NCBI GenBank assembly: GCA_964481385.1
Contig: CAYZTN010000001.1
Span: forward strand, 255 to 64,254
From: an uncultured Clostridium sp.
GTDB taxonomy: Bacteria > Bacillota > Clostridia > TANB77 > CAG-465
DNA length: 64,000 nt
Direction: 5' to 3'
Part shown: positions 41,219 through 50,751 of the stretch, piece after piece
Layout: each line of letters opens with the position of its first letter
Numbering within the stretch: position 1 is the first letter of the stretch
Translations under genes and position numbers: made by a program
Notes under the pieces: model-generated
The model's input: only the letters and a program-made list of their open reading frames with translations
Database searches by the model: none
What the model was told of the DNA's origin: nothing

Positions 41219-41768
41219 TTATTTTTCCGGCATATTAACCGTTATTTTTATTTTTTCTGCATACTCAACACTCACTATTTTTCCATTATTTTTTTGTATT
41301 TCTCTTAAAGTGTCTTTTTCTTTATCGTAATCTACAGTAATTTCTTTTTTAACATATTTTACATATTCTTCTTTTATACATTTTTGGACAGCATCTGTTG
41401 AAACGCCAAGATATGCTCGTGTAAGTGGACCAGTTCCAAGCAATACTCCACCAAAATATCTTACAACTATTATTAATGTATTTACCAAGTTTTCTTTTTC
41501 CAGCATTGCATATATGGGTTTTCCTGCTGTACCTGATGGCTCTTTATCGTCTGTGAATCTTCCGTGTATTCTCTAATTTATATGCATAAACAATATGTTT
41601 CGCTTCTTTATTTGAAACCCTAATATTATCTAATATTTTATATATTTGCTCCACATTTTGCACATTGTACACATAAGCTATAAACTTTGACTTGTTTATA
41701 ACCATTTCGCTTTTTGAGAGTAACACCTCATATTCACCTTTTAATGAGTATTTTTTATCCATATACAC
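41219..41768 (-). pseudogene. yigZ: YigZ/IMPACT-family (UPF0029) protein, frameshifted
   Basis: ORFs 41544-41768 and 41219-41506. The second frame reads upstream as FTDDKEPSGTAGKPIYAMLEKE...VVRYFGGVLLGTGPLTRAY, the conserved YigZ core. A single-base frame change lies within 41515-41545. Confidence 0.65.
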
Positions 41769-41777
41769 AATTCTCCT

Positions 41778-43022
41778 TTAAACGTTCAAACCTGCTAAAT
41801 ATCCCGTAGAAAATGCTATCTGCAAGTTAAATCCACCTGTATATGCGTCTATGTCTATAACTTCACCTGCAAAATACAAGCCAGAAATACGCTTTGACTC
41901 CATAGTTTTAGGGTTTATCTCTTTTACGGATACTCCTCCACTAGTAACAATTCCTACATATATGCTGCCAAGAGATTTTATACAAAAATCAAGAGACTTT
42001 AATATACTTACAAGCTTTGTTTTTTCTTCTTTAGTTATACTATTTACATGCTTTGTTTCTTCAATTTCACTTCTTGCTATAACAAGTGGTATAAGGCTTT
42101 TTGGGAGAAGGTCCGTTAACGAATTCTTAAATTCTTTGTTTTTGTACTTATCAAAATCACGAGTTACCCTTTTATATAGCTCCTCACAAGTTAAAGCTGG
42201 TTTTAAGTCAAAAGATATTATTAACTTTTTATCTTGCATTAACTCTTTTACGCTCTTTATTTTAGTTAATTTACTACTTGCACTTAAAACAATTGGACCG
42301 CTAACTCCATTTGCAGTAAATAATGCCTCGCCAAATCTTTCATCAATTACTTTACCATCTTGCTTTATCTTTAGAGAAACGTTTTTAAGAGCAAGTCCTT
42401 CTGCCATTTTACATTCTTTTTCTTCATACACTATAAGAGGTACTAACGCTGGTTTTGGCTCTACAACATTATGTCCTAATGCTTTGGCTAGGTCAAAACC
42501 ATCTCCTGTACTTCCTGTTCCAGGATAACTTACTCCACCAGTTGCAATTATTACTCTATCTGCAGCTATGTTTTTACCAGTTGTTGTAATAACTCCTGTA
42601 ACTTGTCCGTCACGCACTGCTACTTCTTTTACACTGGTATTATACAAAATATTTGCATTTAATCTTTTTAATTCTTTTTGAAGTGCTAACGTTAATTCGT
42701 GTGCATTATCCGAAGCTAGAAACACTCTATTTCCTCTTTCTGTTTTTAACTTAACTCCTAACTCATTTACAAACTGTATTAAATCTTGGTTATTAAACGT
42801 ATTTATACTGCTCATAAGGAACTTAGGATTAGTAACAACATTGTTAAAGAAATATTCATTATCGCCGCTATGCGTTAAATTACATCTGCCTTTCCCTGTA
42901 ATGTCTAGCTTTTTACCCACAACGTTATTTTTTTCAATTATTACTACATCATGTCCATTACGTCCAGCAGTTATGCCAGCCATCATTCCAGCTGGTCCTG
43001 CCCCTATTATACAAACTTTCAT
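41778..43022 (-). CDS. FAD-dependent oxidoreductase, HI0933/YhiN (aminoacetone oxidase-like) family
   Basis: 414 aa. N-terminal Rossmann CIIGAGPAGMMAG...IIEKN. Family-typical length. Confidence 0.8.
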   Translation of the reverse strand: MKVCIIGAGPAGMMAGITAGRNGHDVVIIEKNNVVGKKLDITGKGRCNLTHSGDNEYFFNNVVTNPKFLMSSINTFNNQDLIQFVNELGVKLKTERGNRVFLASDNAHELTLALQKELKRLNANILYNTSVKEVAVRDGQVTGVITTTGKNIAADRVIIATGGVSYPGTGSTGDGFDLAKALGHNVVEPKPALVPLIVYEEKECKMAEGLALKNVSLKIKQDGKVIDERFGEALFTANGVSGPIVLSASSKLTKIKSVKELMQDKKLIISFDLKPALTCEELYKRVTRDFDKYKNKEFKNSLTDLLPKSLIPLVIARSEIEETKHVNSITKEEKTKLVSILKSLDFCIKSLGSIYVGIVTSGGVSVKEINPKTMESKRISGLYFAGEVIDIDAYTGGFNLQIAFSTGYLAGLNV

Positions 43023-43027
43023 AAACC

Positions 43028-44311
43028 CTATTCACCTAACATATTAGATATTGCTATACATATTGCAATAGTCGCACTTTCATAAGTTATACCGCCTTGC
43101 ATATACGCCATATATGGTGGCCTTATTGGTGCGTCTGCAGAAAGTTCAATACTTGCACCAGATACAAAAGTACCTGCTGCCATTACGACCTCGTCAGTAT
43201 ATCCAGGCATTGCCCAAGGTTCTGGCCTTACAAAGCTATCTATTGGACTGGCTGCTTGTATTCCTTGTATAAATTTAACAAGCTTGTCCTTATCATTAAA
43301 GGTTACTGATTGGATTATATCTGTTCTGTCTTCCCAAGCTGCAGGAGATACAGCATACCCTAGCTTTTCTAGCATAGCTGCTGTTATACAAGCTGTCTTT
43401 ATAGCATTTTCAACTATACTTGGTGCCATAAATAGTCCTTGTAATATTTCTTTATTTTTACCTAGTGTTGCTCCACATTCTTTTCCAATTCCAGGAGCTG
43501 TAAGACGCTCTGCTGCATGCTCCACACACTCTTTTTTACCAGCTATATATCCACCAGTTTCACAAATGCTTCCGCCTATATTTTTAATTAAAGACCCTGC
43601 AATTATATCTGCCCCAACATTCGTTGGTTCTAACTTTTCAACAAATTCGCCATAGCAATTATCTACCATAACAAGAGTGTCTTTATCTATTCCTTTTACA
43701 AAATCTATAGCTTGCTTAATCTTCTCTATTGTTAAAGACTTTCTTGTAGAATAACCTCTTGACCTTCCAATAAACACTAATTTTATTTTTTTACCTTCCA
43801 TTTTTTCACGAATTGCTTCAAAATTGAAAGAGTTATCCACTAAATCCACTTGTTCATAGTGTACACCCAAGTTTATTAGCGACATTTTATTTTCAACAAT
43901 TCCAATGCTCTCCGCCAAAGTATCATAAGGTTCACCTGTAATACTAAGCATAGTGTCTCCTGGAAGCAAATTGCCAAACAACGCAGTAGATAAGGCATGT
44001 GTACCGTTTACAAATTGAATTCTTACCATAGCGTCTTCCGTACCAAAAATTTCCGCATAAATTTTCTCTATTGTTTCACGCCCCATATCGTCATAACCAT
44101 AACCTGTCGTTGCTCTAAAATGCGTTTCGCTAAGTTTATTATTCCAAAATGCTTTCATAACCTTTGCAGTATTATGCATTGCTATTTCTTGTATTTCATT
44201 AAATCTTTCTCCTAATTCTTGTTCACACTCATTATATAGCGTCAAAATTTCTTCTTTTATCCCTAAATTACTTGCTAATTCTTTTTGCATAATTTTACCC
44301 TCCATATACAA
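43028..44311 (-). CDS. PLP-dependent Cys/Met-metabolism family protein (YnbB / aluminium-resistance, methionine gamma-lyase-like)
   Basis: 427 aa. TTGYGYDDMGRE and a PLP-lysine region consistent with the YnbB family. Confidence 0.7.
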   Translation of the reverse strand: MYMEGKIMQKELASNLGIKEEILTLYNECEQELGERFNEIQEIAMHNTAKVMKAFWNNKLSETHFRATTGYGYDDMGRETIEKIYAEIFGTEDAMVRIQFVNGTHALSTALFGNLLPGDTMLSITGEPYDTLAESIGIVENKMSLINLGVHYEQVDLVDNSFNFEAIREKMEGKKIKLVFIGRSRGYSTRKSLTIEKIKQAIDFVKGIDKDTLVMVDNCYGEFVEKLEPTNVGADIIAGSLIKNIGGSICETGGYIAGKKECVEHAAERLTAPGIGKECGATLGKNKEILQGLFMAPSIVENAIKTACITAAMLEKLGYAVSPAAWEDRTDIIQSVTFNDKDKLVKFIQGIQAASPIDSFVRPEPWAMPGYTDEVVMAAGTFVSGASIELSADAPIRPPYMAYMQGGITYESATIAICIAISNMLGE

Positions 44312-44340
44312 TATATTATACTACACTCGGTCAATAGGTA

Positions 44341-44440
44341 AAGTGTGAGGTTGCTATGTTGCTGTGTTGCAGTGTCATTGGGGACGTTTCTAAATGACAC
44401 TGCAACACTACGACACTACGACACCATGACACTCACACTT
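44341..44440. repeat. Palindromic repeat, copy 4 (100-bp imperfect palindrome with perfect core GCAGTGTCATTGGGGACGTTTCTAAATGACACTGC)
   Basis: Outer ends AAGTGTGAG / CTCACACTT are exact reverse complements. Core at 44369-44403. Confidence 0.8.
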
Positions 44441-45381
44441 CAAATGTTGTTTCGTCTATAAATCTGTAATTTGTTTTATATTTTAATTCTCTTACAAGTC
44501 TAAATAACGCGTCATCTTTTGCTTTTACTTCAAGCATTATGTCCAATCTACTAAAAAAAGGTTTTACATCTTCTAGAAATGCTATAAACGCATTCGAATC
44601 TATGTATTCACTGTGACTTCTAATTTCTTTTTTTAACTTGCTCTTCGGACTTGAAAAATGCACTTTAGGTGTCTTGCCGATTCCAAGTAGCAAATATTCT
44701 CTCGTAGTACTTATCTATACATATTCCATCACTTGCACCGTTACATATATGGTGGTGATAATCTAATACCATCGGTCTTTTTATGCTTTCACAAAGTTCT
44801 AACGTATCTTTTGCATTAAATATTTTGTCATCGTTTTCTATAACTATGCATTCTCTAATATATTCTGGCAACTGATTAAAGTTATTTTTAAACCTTGCTA
44901 TTGAGTTTTCTTTTCCAAATGTACTACTTCCAACATGAACAACTAATACTTTTTCTTGGAGCTCTAAAGCCTCAAAAAGAATATAATGATAATTTAAAAT
45001 TGCAAGCGAACTTTCAAAAACGTCTTTTTTGGTTGAGTTTATTACACAAAACTCATCTGGGTGAAAGTCCACTCTCATTTTACTTTTCTTTATCTTATCT
45101 CCAATACTTAAATACTTACCTTTAAAACACGTAACATAGTCCATGTCTACGTCTTTCTTTGTTGCAAGCGGTATTAAACTCGAGGTTATTCTAAAAAAGT
45201 GAATATTGTTTTTAACGTTATATTCTAAAATATTTTCTAAAGCTTCAAGATTTTTAGATATAACCGAATTTAGTTTTTCTTTTCTATTTTCATTTTTTAA
45301 ATAATTTGTATAACTCACTGTATGTGAACATGTATCGTTTAAAGCTTTACTTATACACGCATAACCTAATCTTACTATCAT
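44433..45381 (-). pseudogene. uvsE: UV-damage endonuclease UvsE (UVDE), frameshifted
   Basis: ORF 44665-45381 carries RLGYACIS...VHVGSS...IENDD...LDYHHH, the UvsE core. ORF 44433-44693 carries the C-terminus (GKTPKVHFSSPKS). The frame change is within 44690-44700 (tggaatcgg). Confidence 0.7.
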
Positions 45382-45451
45382 AACACCACCATATATGGTG
45401 TGAGTAAATTTCTATTGTTTTATACATATAACTGTTCTTTTTAATTAAAGT

Positions 45452-45491
45452 ACAAAAAAGAGAAAATCATTTTCACAATTTTCCCTTTCAC
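45452..45491. repeat. Direct repeat A flanking the yefM-yoeB cassette
   Basis: ACAAAAAAGAGAAAATCATTTTCACAATTTTCCCTTTCAC. 37/38 identical to repeat B at 46119-46156. Confidence 0.85.
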
Positions 45492-45509
45492 TATTTAAAA
45501 TTTTAGTAG

Positions 45510-45800
45510 CTAAATATTCTCATAATGCGTCCACATACTTAATATTTGTACTATATGTTCCTCTTCTTTTACTTTATATACTAATCTATGCTGTATATTT
45601 ATTCTTCGTGAATATATGCCTTTTAAATCACCTATTAATTTTTCATAAGGCGGTGGCGTCTTGAACGGATCTAACCTTAACATTTCTATTAACCTTTTAG
45701 TTTTAGTATCTAATTTAGATTCTTTAAGCTTTTGAATATCTTTTAGAGCTTTCTTGTTATATGCAATTTTATACAATTTACCATTCCACCTCTTCTTCAC
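45510..45800 (-). CDS. yoeB: YoeB/Txe-family type II toxin (mRNA interferase)
   Basis: 96 aa. DPFKTPPPYEKLIGDLKGIYSRRINIQHRLVYKV...ILSMWTHY is the YoeB signature. Confidence 0.85.
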   Translation of the reverse strand: MKKRWNGKLYKIAYNKKALKDIQKLKESKLDTKTKRLIEMLRLDPFKTPPPYEKLIGDLKGIYSRRINIQHRLVYKVKEEEHIVQILSMWTHYENI

Positions 45801-46026
45801 TTACGAAGTCCTCATCTAAATCATTAGCCCTTTCAATAATTTCGTCTTTTAGATTTGGTACAGACATGATATATAACGTCTCCATTAAGCTGTTATAATC
45901 CTCTTCAGACAACACTACAGCATTTCCATTCTTTGTTGATATACTTATTGGCTCATTAAAATTTATGGTTTGTTCTAGCAAAGAATATATATCTTTTCTA
46001 AAATTAGTAACATTTACAGTTGTCAC
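45778..46026 (-). CDS. yefM: YefM/Phd-family antitoxin
   Basis: 82 aa. VTNFRKDIYSLLEQ...ISTKNGNAVVLSEEDYNSLMETLYI. Overlaps yoeB by 23 nt. Confidence 0.8.
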   Translation of the reverse strand: MTTVNVTNFRKDIYSLLEQTINFNEPISISTKNGNAVVLSEEDYNSLMETLYIMSVPNLKDEIIERANDLDEDFVSEEEVEW

Positions 46027-46118
46027 TTCTTACACCTCCTAAAAAATATTATACCATACGTTTTAACGTACGTCAATATTATTATATTATTATTTGCCTC
46101 AATATATTACTTTATACG

Positions 46119-46156
46119 CAAAAAAGAGAAAATCATCTTCACAATTTTCCCTTTTA
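46119..46156. repeat. Direct repeat B flanking the yefM-yoeB cassette
   Basis: GCAAAAAAGAGAAAATCATCTTCACAATTTTCCCTTTT. Confidence 0.85.
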
Positions 46157-46178
46157 TATATTTTAACCATATATTTGT

Positions 46179-46349
46179 TTATTCTTCGCTTGGTGCTCCT
46201 ACTGGGCAAACAGATGCACAAGTACCACAATCAATACATTTTTCTGGATCTATTACAAATCTGTCGTCTCCGGCACTAATTGCTCCTACTGGGCATTCTG
46301 CTGCACACGCTCCACATGATATACATTCTTCAGATATTCTATATGCCAT
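46179..46349 (-). CDS. 2x[4Fe-4S] ferredoxin (56 aa)
   Basis: Hand translation gives MAYRISEECISCGACAAECPVGAISAGDDRFVIDPEKCIDCGTCASVCPVGAPSEE. Two CxxCxxCxxxCP motifs. RBS GGAAAGAGGTG. Absent from the ORF track because it is under 60 aa. Confidence 0.7.
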   Translation of the reverse strand: MAYRISEECISCGACAAECPVGAISAGDDRFVIDPEKCIDCGTCASVCPVGAPSEE

Positions 46350-47202
46350 TTTCTTCACCTCTTTCCGCTTTTTTGTTTATTCTTTTAATATTTTCTACAC
46401 TATCTACTACAAATCTTTCTTCTCCGGGCTCGCCAATCTTTAACTTTACTTTTTGTCCTAATATATCTTCTCCCACAACTTTAGCTTTTTCACCCTCATA
46501 TTCAACTGTCTCGTTCATTTTAGGCATTGTTTTAATCTTTTCTTTATATGCTTCTTCTTCATATTTTATACAACATTTAAGTTTGCCACAGCAACCAGAT
46601 AGCTTTTGCATATTTATTTGTAATCCCTGTTCTTTTGCTGTTTTTATAGTTACACCATCAAACTCTTGTAAAAATGCTCTGCAACATAGTTCTCTACCAC
46701 AAACTCCTAATGTTGGATATTCTTTTACTTCGTCTCTTGCGCCAATTTGTCTTAATTCAATTCTTGTTCTAAATTCAATTGCAAGTTCTCTTACCAACTC
46801 TCTAAAATCCACTCTTTCTTCTGACGCGAAGTAAAAGATAAGCTTTGTCTCATCTAAAGTATATGTAGCATTTATTAGTTTCATGTTTAATTTTAAGTTT
46901 TTTATCTTCTCTTTGCATATTTTAAATGCGTCTTTCGCTTGTTCTTTTAATCTTTTGGCATTCTCCATATCACTTTTGGTAGCTGGTCTAATTACTTCTT
47001 TTATTTCTTTATCTTTTATTTTGCTGTCTTCTGCGTCTAATTTAGAAACGACTCTTGCAAGTTCCACGCCTCTTTCTGACTCTGCTACTACCATGTCTCC
47101 TACATTAAACAAGTATTTTTTAGGACTTAAGTAACAAAGCTTTCCAGTAGATAGAAATCTTACACATAATACTTTTGGTTCCAATAAATTCACCTCACTC
47201 AC
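46339..47202 (-). CDS. ricT: RicT/YaaT (PSP1-domain, stage 0 sporulation / RNase Y regulator)
   Basis: 287 aa. Cys-rich PSP1 C-terminal domain LCCRAFLQEF...LSGCCGKLKCCIKYE. Conserved holB-yaaT synteny. Confidence 0.85.
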   Translation of the reverse strand: MSEVNLLEPKVLCVRFLSTGKLCYLSPKKYLFNVGDMVVAESERGVELARVVSKLDAEDSKIKDKEIKEVIRPATKSDMENAKRLKEQAKDAFKICKEKIKNLKLNMKLINATYTLDETKLIFYFASEERVDFRELVRELAIEFRTRIELRQIGARDEVKEYPTLGVCGRELCCRAFLQEFDGVTIKTAKEQGLQINMQKLSGCCGKLKCCIKYEEEAYKEKIKTMPKMNETVEYEGEKAKVVGEDILGQKVKLKIGEPGEERFVVDSVENIKRINKKAERGEENGI

Positions 47203-48019
47203 ATAGTTTTATTGCTAATTTCATTTTTTGCATATCTTCGTTTGCATTGCTATTTACTGCTTTCCTTGCGTCTTCTAACAGTGGTAAAGCACCGTACATA
47301 GCATTTTTTAACATTAAATATTCAATATACTTAAAGATTAATTCGTCCTTTAAACTTACATCTTTTAATAGATTTATAACTGAAATTTTATCTTTTGCTT
47401 TTATATCCTGTATAATATTAGAAAGGTTTTCTAGAATTTGCTTGTTGCTTTCATCTGCTGCCTTAAGTAACGTACTAATTGAGCCTTCCGCAAACTGTAC
47501 AAGTTCTTCGTTTACCTCTATCTTATTTAATGCAATATACTTCTTAATTTCACTTTCGTCTAACGGCTCAAAATATATATTAGTTGTTCTAGATAGAATT
47601 GTACCAAGAAGTCCGTCAATATTACTTGTAACAAGTATTATTATTACGCTTTTAGGCGGTTCTTCTAGCGTCTTAAGCAGTGCATTTTGAGAAGAATCAT
47701 TCATTTTGTCCGCCTCGTCTATTACATATACCTTGTACTTTGAAGTAGCTGGTGCTATGTACACATCTGCTATAACTTCGTCTCTTATTTGCTCTACCAA
47801 AATGTTTTGTTTATCTGGCATACGCTCAACATATTTAAAGTCAATATTACCATCTAAATTATTCGTCTTAAACACAGCCTTTGCAAATTCTTTTGCAACC
47901 AAACTCTTTCCAACGCCTTCTTTTCCGTAAAACACATAAGCGTGTGATGGTGTATCTTTTTCTACAGTTGTCTTTAACTTTTCTAATATATCTTTATGTC
48001 CTAGAACATTTTCAAACAT
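47195..48019 (-). CDS. holB: DNA polymerase III delta' subunit
   Basis: 274 aa. HAYVFYGKEGVGKS (degenerate Walker A of the clamp-loader delta'). Confidence 0.8.
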   Translation of the reverse strand: MFENVLGHKDILEKLKTTVEKDTPSHAYVFYGKEGVGKSLVAKEFAKAVFKTNNLDGNIDFKYVERMPDKQNILVEQIRDEVIADVYIAPATSKYKVYVIDEADKMNDSSQNALLKTLEEPPKSVIIILVTSNIDGLLGTILSRTTNIYFEPLDESEIKKYIALNKIEVNEELVQFAEGSISTLLKAADESNKQILENLSNIIQDIKAKDKISVINLLKDVSLKDELIFKYIEYLMLKNAMYGALPLLEDARKAVNSNANEDMQKMKLAIKLCE

Positions 48020-48020
48020 G

Positions 48021-48647
48021 TTATATTTCTCCTATTTTATTTAATGGCCAAACTCTAATACCTACTATTCCTTCAACTCTTTCTAGTGGTACTACTCCAA
48101 ACTCTCTGCTATCTCTGCTTGCTGCTCTATTATCTCCCATTACAAAAACACAGCCCTCAGGCACTTCTAGTGAGTAATATGCTCCTGTAATTGGTGTTAC
48201 AGTACCCTCTGGTAAATATGTTTCCTCTAGCACTTCGCCGTTTAGTAAAACAGCTCCTTCTTCTGTAATTTCTATAGTATCTCCGCCTACAGCGATTACT
48301 CTTTTTATATAGCTTTTTTTACCAAATTCTAGCACGTTATATGCAAAGTAACTAAAACCATGACGCTCAATATATCCAGCTTTTACATTACCGTCCGTAT
48401 TATCTGTATAGTCTGGTGCTGTAATAGTTACAATCTGGCCTCTTTTTACTTCGTGGTTATATAACACACGTCTACCCACCAAAACTCTTTCACCTTCTTT
48501 GGCTGTAGGAAACATGGAAGTTTGCTTAATTCCAGCAATTGTTCCAAGAAAATAATTTATACAAACATATATTACGTATGCTATTACAAAGCAAACTACC
48601 CATTCAAATATCTCATTTACCACTTTATTCTTAAATAATTGTTTCAA
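48021..48647 (-). CDS. lepB: Signal peptidase I
   Basis: 208 aa. N-terminal TM, SMFPT (Ser box), GDNRAASRDSREFG (box E). Confidence 0.85.
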   Translation of the reverse strand: MKQLFKNKVVNEIFEWVVCFVIAYVIYVCINYFLGTIAGIKQTSMFPTAKEGERVLVGRRVLYNHEVKRGQIVTITAPDYTDNTDGNVKAGYIERHGFSYFAYNVLEFGKKSYIKRVIAVGGDTIEITEEGAVLLNGEVLEETYLPEGTVTPITGAYYSLEVPEGCVFVMGDNRAASRDSREFGVVPLERVEGIVGIRVWPLNKIGEI

Positions 48648-48664
48648 GTTTTCTCCTCTTTTCT

Positions 48665-50599
48665 TTAGTGTATGCTTTCACCAAGTGGAACCGCATCATC
48701 TACAAACAATACTTTCACCGTATCTCCATCGCCTGCAGCAAGAAGCATTCCATTTGACTCTATTCCTCTTAATTTTGCAGGTTTTAAATTGCTTACTAGT
48801 GCTACTTTTTTACCCACTAATTCTTCTTCTTTATAATATGGAACAAGTCCAGATACAACGGTACGTTTCTCATATCCTAAATCCACCTCAAGTTTATACA
48901 ACTTCTTAGCGTCAGGAATACGTTCTACAGATAGTATCTTAGCTACTTTAAGTTTTACTTTATCCACATCGTCTATTGTAATTTCTTCGTCTTTTTCAAC
49001 ATTTTCCACTTTTGTTTGCTCCTCTTCTTTCACATTTTTTGAAGCAAGTTCCTCTAATTTTTTTGCAGCGTCTATTCTTGCAAATAACACTTCTGCAGTT
49101 CCAACTTTTGTACCGGCTTTCATTTTGCCAAATGAATTAATACTTTCGATATCTGCACTTTCTGCGTTTATTTGTTTAATAATCTTTTCTGCAGTTTCTG
49201 GCATAATGCATTTTAACATTACAGCTATTATTCTTATTGCCTCAATTAAATTGTATAACACAGTTTTTAAAGTTTCTTTACCTTCTTCAGTCTTTGCAAG
49301 TACCCAAGGTGCTGTTTCGTCAATATATTTATTGCTACGTCTTGCAGCTATCATTATTTGTTCAATAGCTTCTGCTACATGTATATTTTCCATTTTTTCA
49401 ATATACGTTTTTGCAGCGTCAGTAACACACGCTTTTAAATCTTTGTCTATGTCGCTTTCTGCTCTTGGCATGAAAAGCTCACCGTCAAAATATTTATTTA
49501 CCATTGTTACTGTTCTGTTTACAAGGTTGCCTAATGTATTTGCAAGGTCTGTATTGTATTTTTCAATTACACCTTCATAAGTAATGTTTCCGTCTTGTGC
49601 ATAAGGCATTTCAGACAAGCAAAAATATCTTACTGCGTCTACGCCAAATTCCTCTGCTAGTTCGTCAGCATATATAACATTACCTTTAGATTTGCTCATT
49701 TTGTCACTGCCAAATAACATCCAACCATGTGCATATATCTTTTTAGGGAGTGGTTCACCTAGTGCCATCAAAATTATTGGCCAATATATAGCGTGAAATC
49801 TTAAAATATCTTTTCCTATTACATGTAAATCTGCTGGCCAGTTTTTATTATATAATTCTGACTTGTTATCGCACTCGTAACCTAAAGCAGTTATATAGTT
49901 AGTTAAAGCGTCTATCCATACATAAACTACATGGCCTGGGTTAAAATCTACTGGTATTCCCCAAGTAAAAGATGTTCTAGATACACATAAATCTTGAAGT
50001 CCTGCTTTTAAGAAGTTGTTCATTATCTCTTTTTTTCTAGATTCAGGCTCAATAAAACCTGGATGAGACTCAATGTATTCAATTAGTCTATCTTGGTATT
50101 TGCTACATTTTAAGAAATATGCTTCTTCTTTAGCTTTTTTTACTTCACGACCACAATCTGGACATTTTCCATCAACTAATTGTGTATCTGTAAAGAAAGA
50201 TTCACATGGTGTACAGTAATTTCCTTCATATTCTCCAAGATAAATATCTCCTTGCTCATATAGCTTTTTAAATATTTTTTGAACTGTTTTTTCGTGGTAA
50301 TCGTCAGTTGTACGGATAAACTTATCAAAAGTTGTATTCATACCTTTCCATATCTTTTTAACTTCTCCTGCTACTCCGTCAACATATTCTTTTGGAGATA
50401 TGCCAGACTTTTCAGCTATTTCTTGTATTTTTTGACCATGCTCATCTGTTCCAGTTAAAAAGTAAACGTCTTTTCCCATTAAGCTATTAAATCTTGCAAT
50501 TGCGTCTGTTAATATAATCTCATAAGTATTACCAATATGCGGTTTTCTTGATGTATATGCGATTGCTGTTGTTATATAAAACTTCTCTTTTTCGTTCAT
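48665..50599 (-). CDS. metG: Methionine--tRNA ligase (with C-terminal tRNA-binding domain)
   Basis: 644 aa. HIGNTYE (HIGH), KMSKSKGN, zinc knuckle CPDCG, C-terminal EMAP-like domain. Confidence 0.95.
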   Translation of the reverse strand: MNEKEKFYITTAIAYTSRKPHIGNTYEIILTDAIARFNSLMGKDVYFLTGTDEHGQKIQEIAEKSGISPKEYVDGVAGEVKKIWKGMNTTFDKFIRTTDDYHEKTVQKIFKKLYEQGDIYLGEYEGNYCTPCESFFTDTQLVDGKCPDCGREVKKAKEEAYFLKCSKYQDRLIEYIESHPGFIEPESRKKEIMNNFLKAGLQDLCVSRTSFTWGIPVDFNPGHVVYVWIDALTNYITALGYECDNKSELYNKNWPADLHVIGKDILRFHAIYWPIILMALGEPLPKKIYAHGWMLFGSDKMSKSKGNVIYADELAEEFGVDAVRYFCLSEMPYAQDGNITYEGVIEKYNTDLANTLGNLVNRTVTMVNKYFDGELFMPRAESDIDKDLKACVTDAAKTYIEKMENIHVAEAIEQIMIAARRSNKYIDETAPWVLAKTEEGKETLKTVLYNLIEAIRIIAVMLKCIMPETAEKIIKQINAESADIESINSFGKMKAGTKVGTAEVLFARIDAAKKLEELASKNVKEEEQTKVENVEKDEEITIDDVDKVKLKVAKILSVERIPDAKKLYKLEVDLGYEKRTVVSGLVPYYKEEELVGKKVALVSNLKPAKLRGIESNGMLLAAGDGDTVKVLFVDDAVPLGESIH

Positions 50600-50635
50600 T
50601 TTGTTCCTCCGATTTTTCCAATTTTCCTAGATATA

Positions 50636-50664
50636 ATTATATGACACAAGTAGCCGTTTGTCAA
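50636..50664 (-). promoter_or_regulatory. Consensus sigma-A promoter of metG (TTGACA-17-TATAAT)
   Basis: Read on the minus strand. Perfect hexamers at 17-nt spacing. The leader is only ~35 nt, so there is no T-box. Confidence 0.6.
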
Positions 50665-50751
50665 CGAAAACAAAGAACTCAATTTTAATATTGTGGGTTG
50701 TTATTTTTTTAAAACTGTAATATACTATGTATTGTATAAGGAAGTGAAAAA

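Noticed and set aside
46094-46834. Plus-strand ORFs of 61 and 184 aa
   Set aside because: Low-complexity antisense frames overlapping the ferredoxin and ricT genes. The minus-strand genes have clear homology and RBSs.
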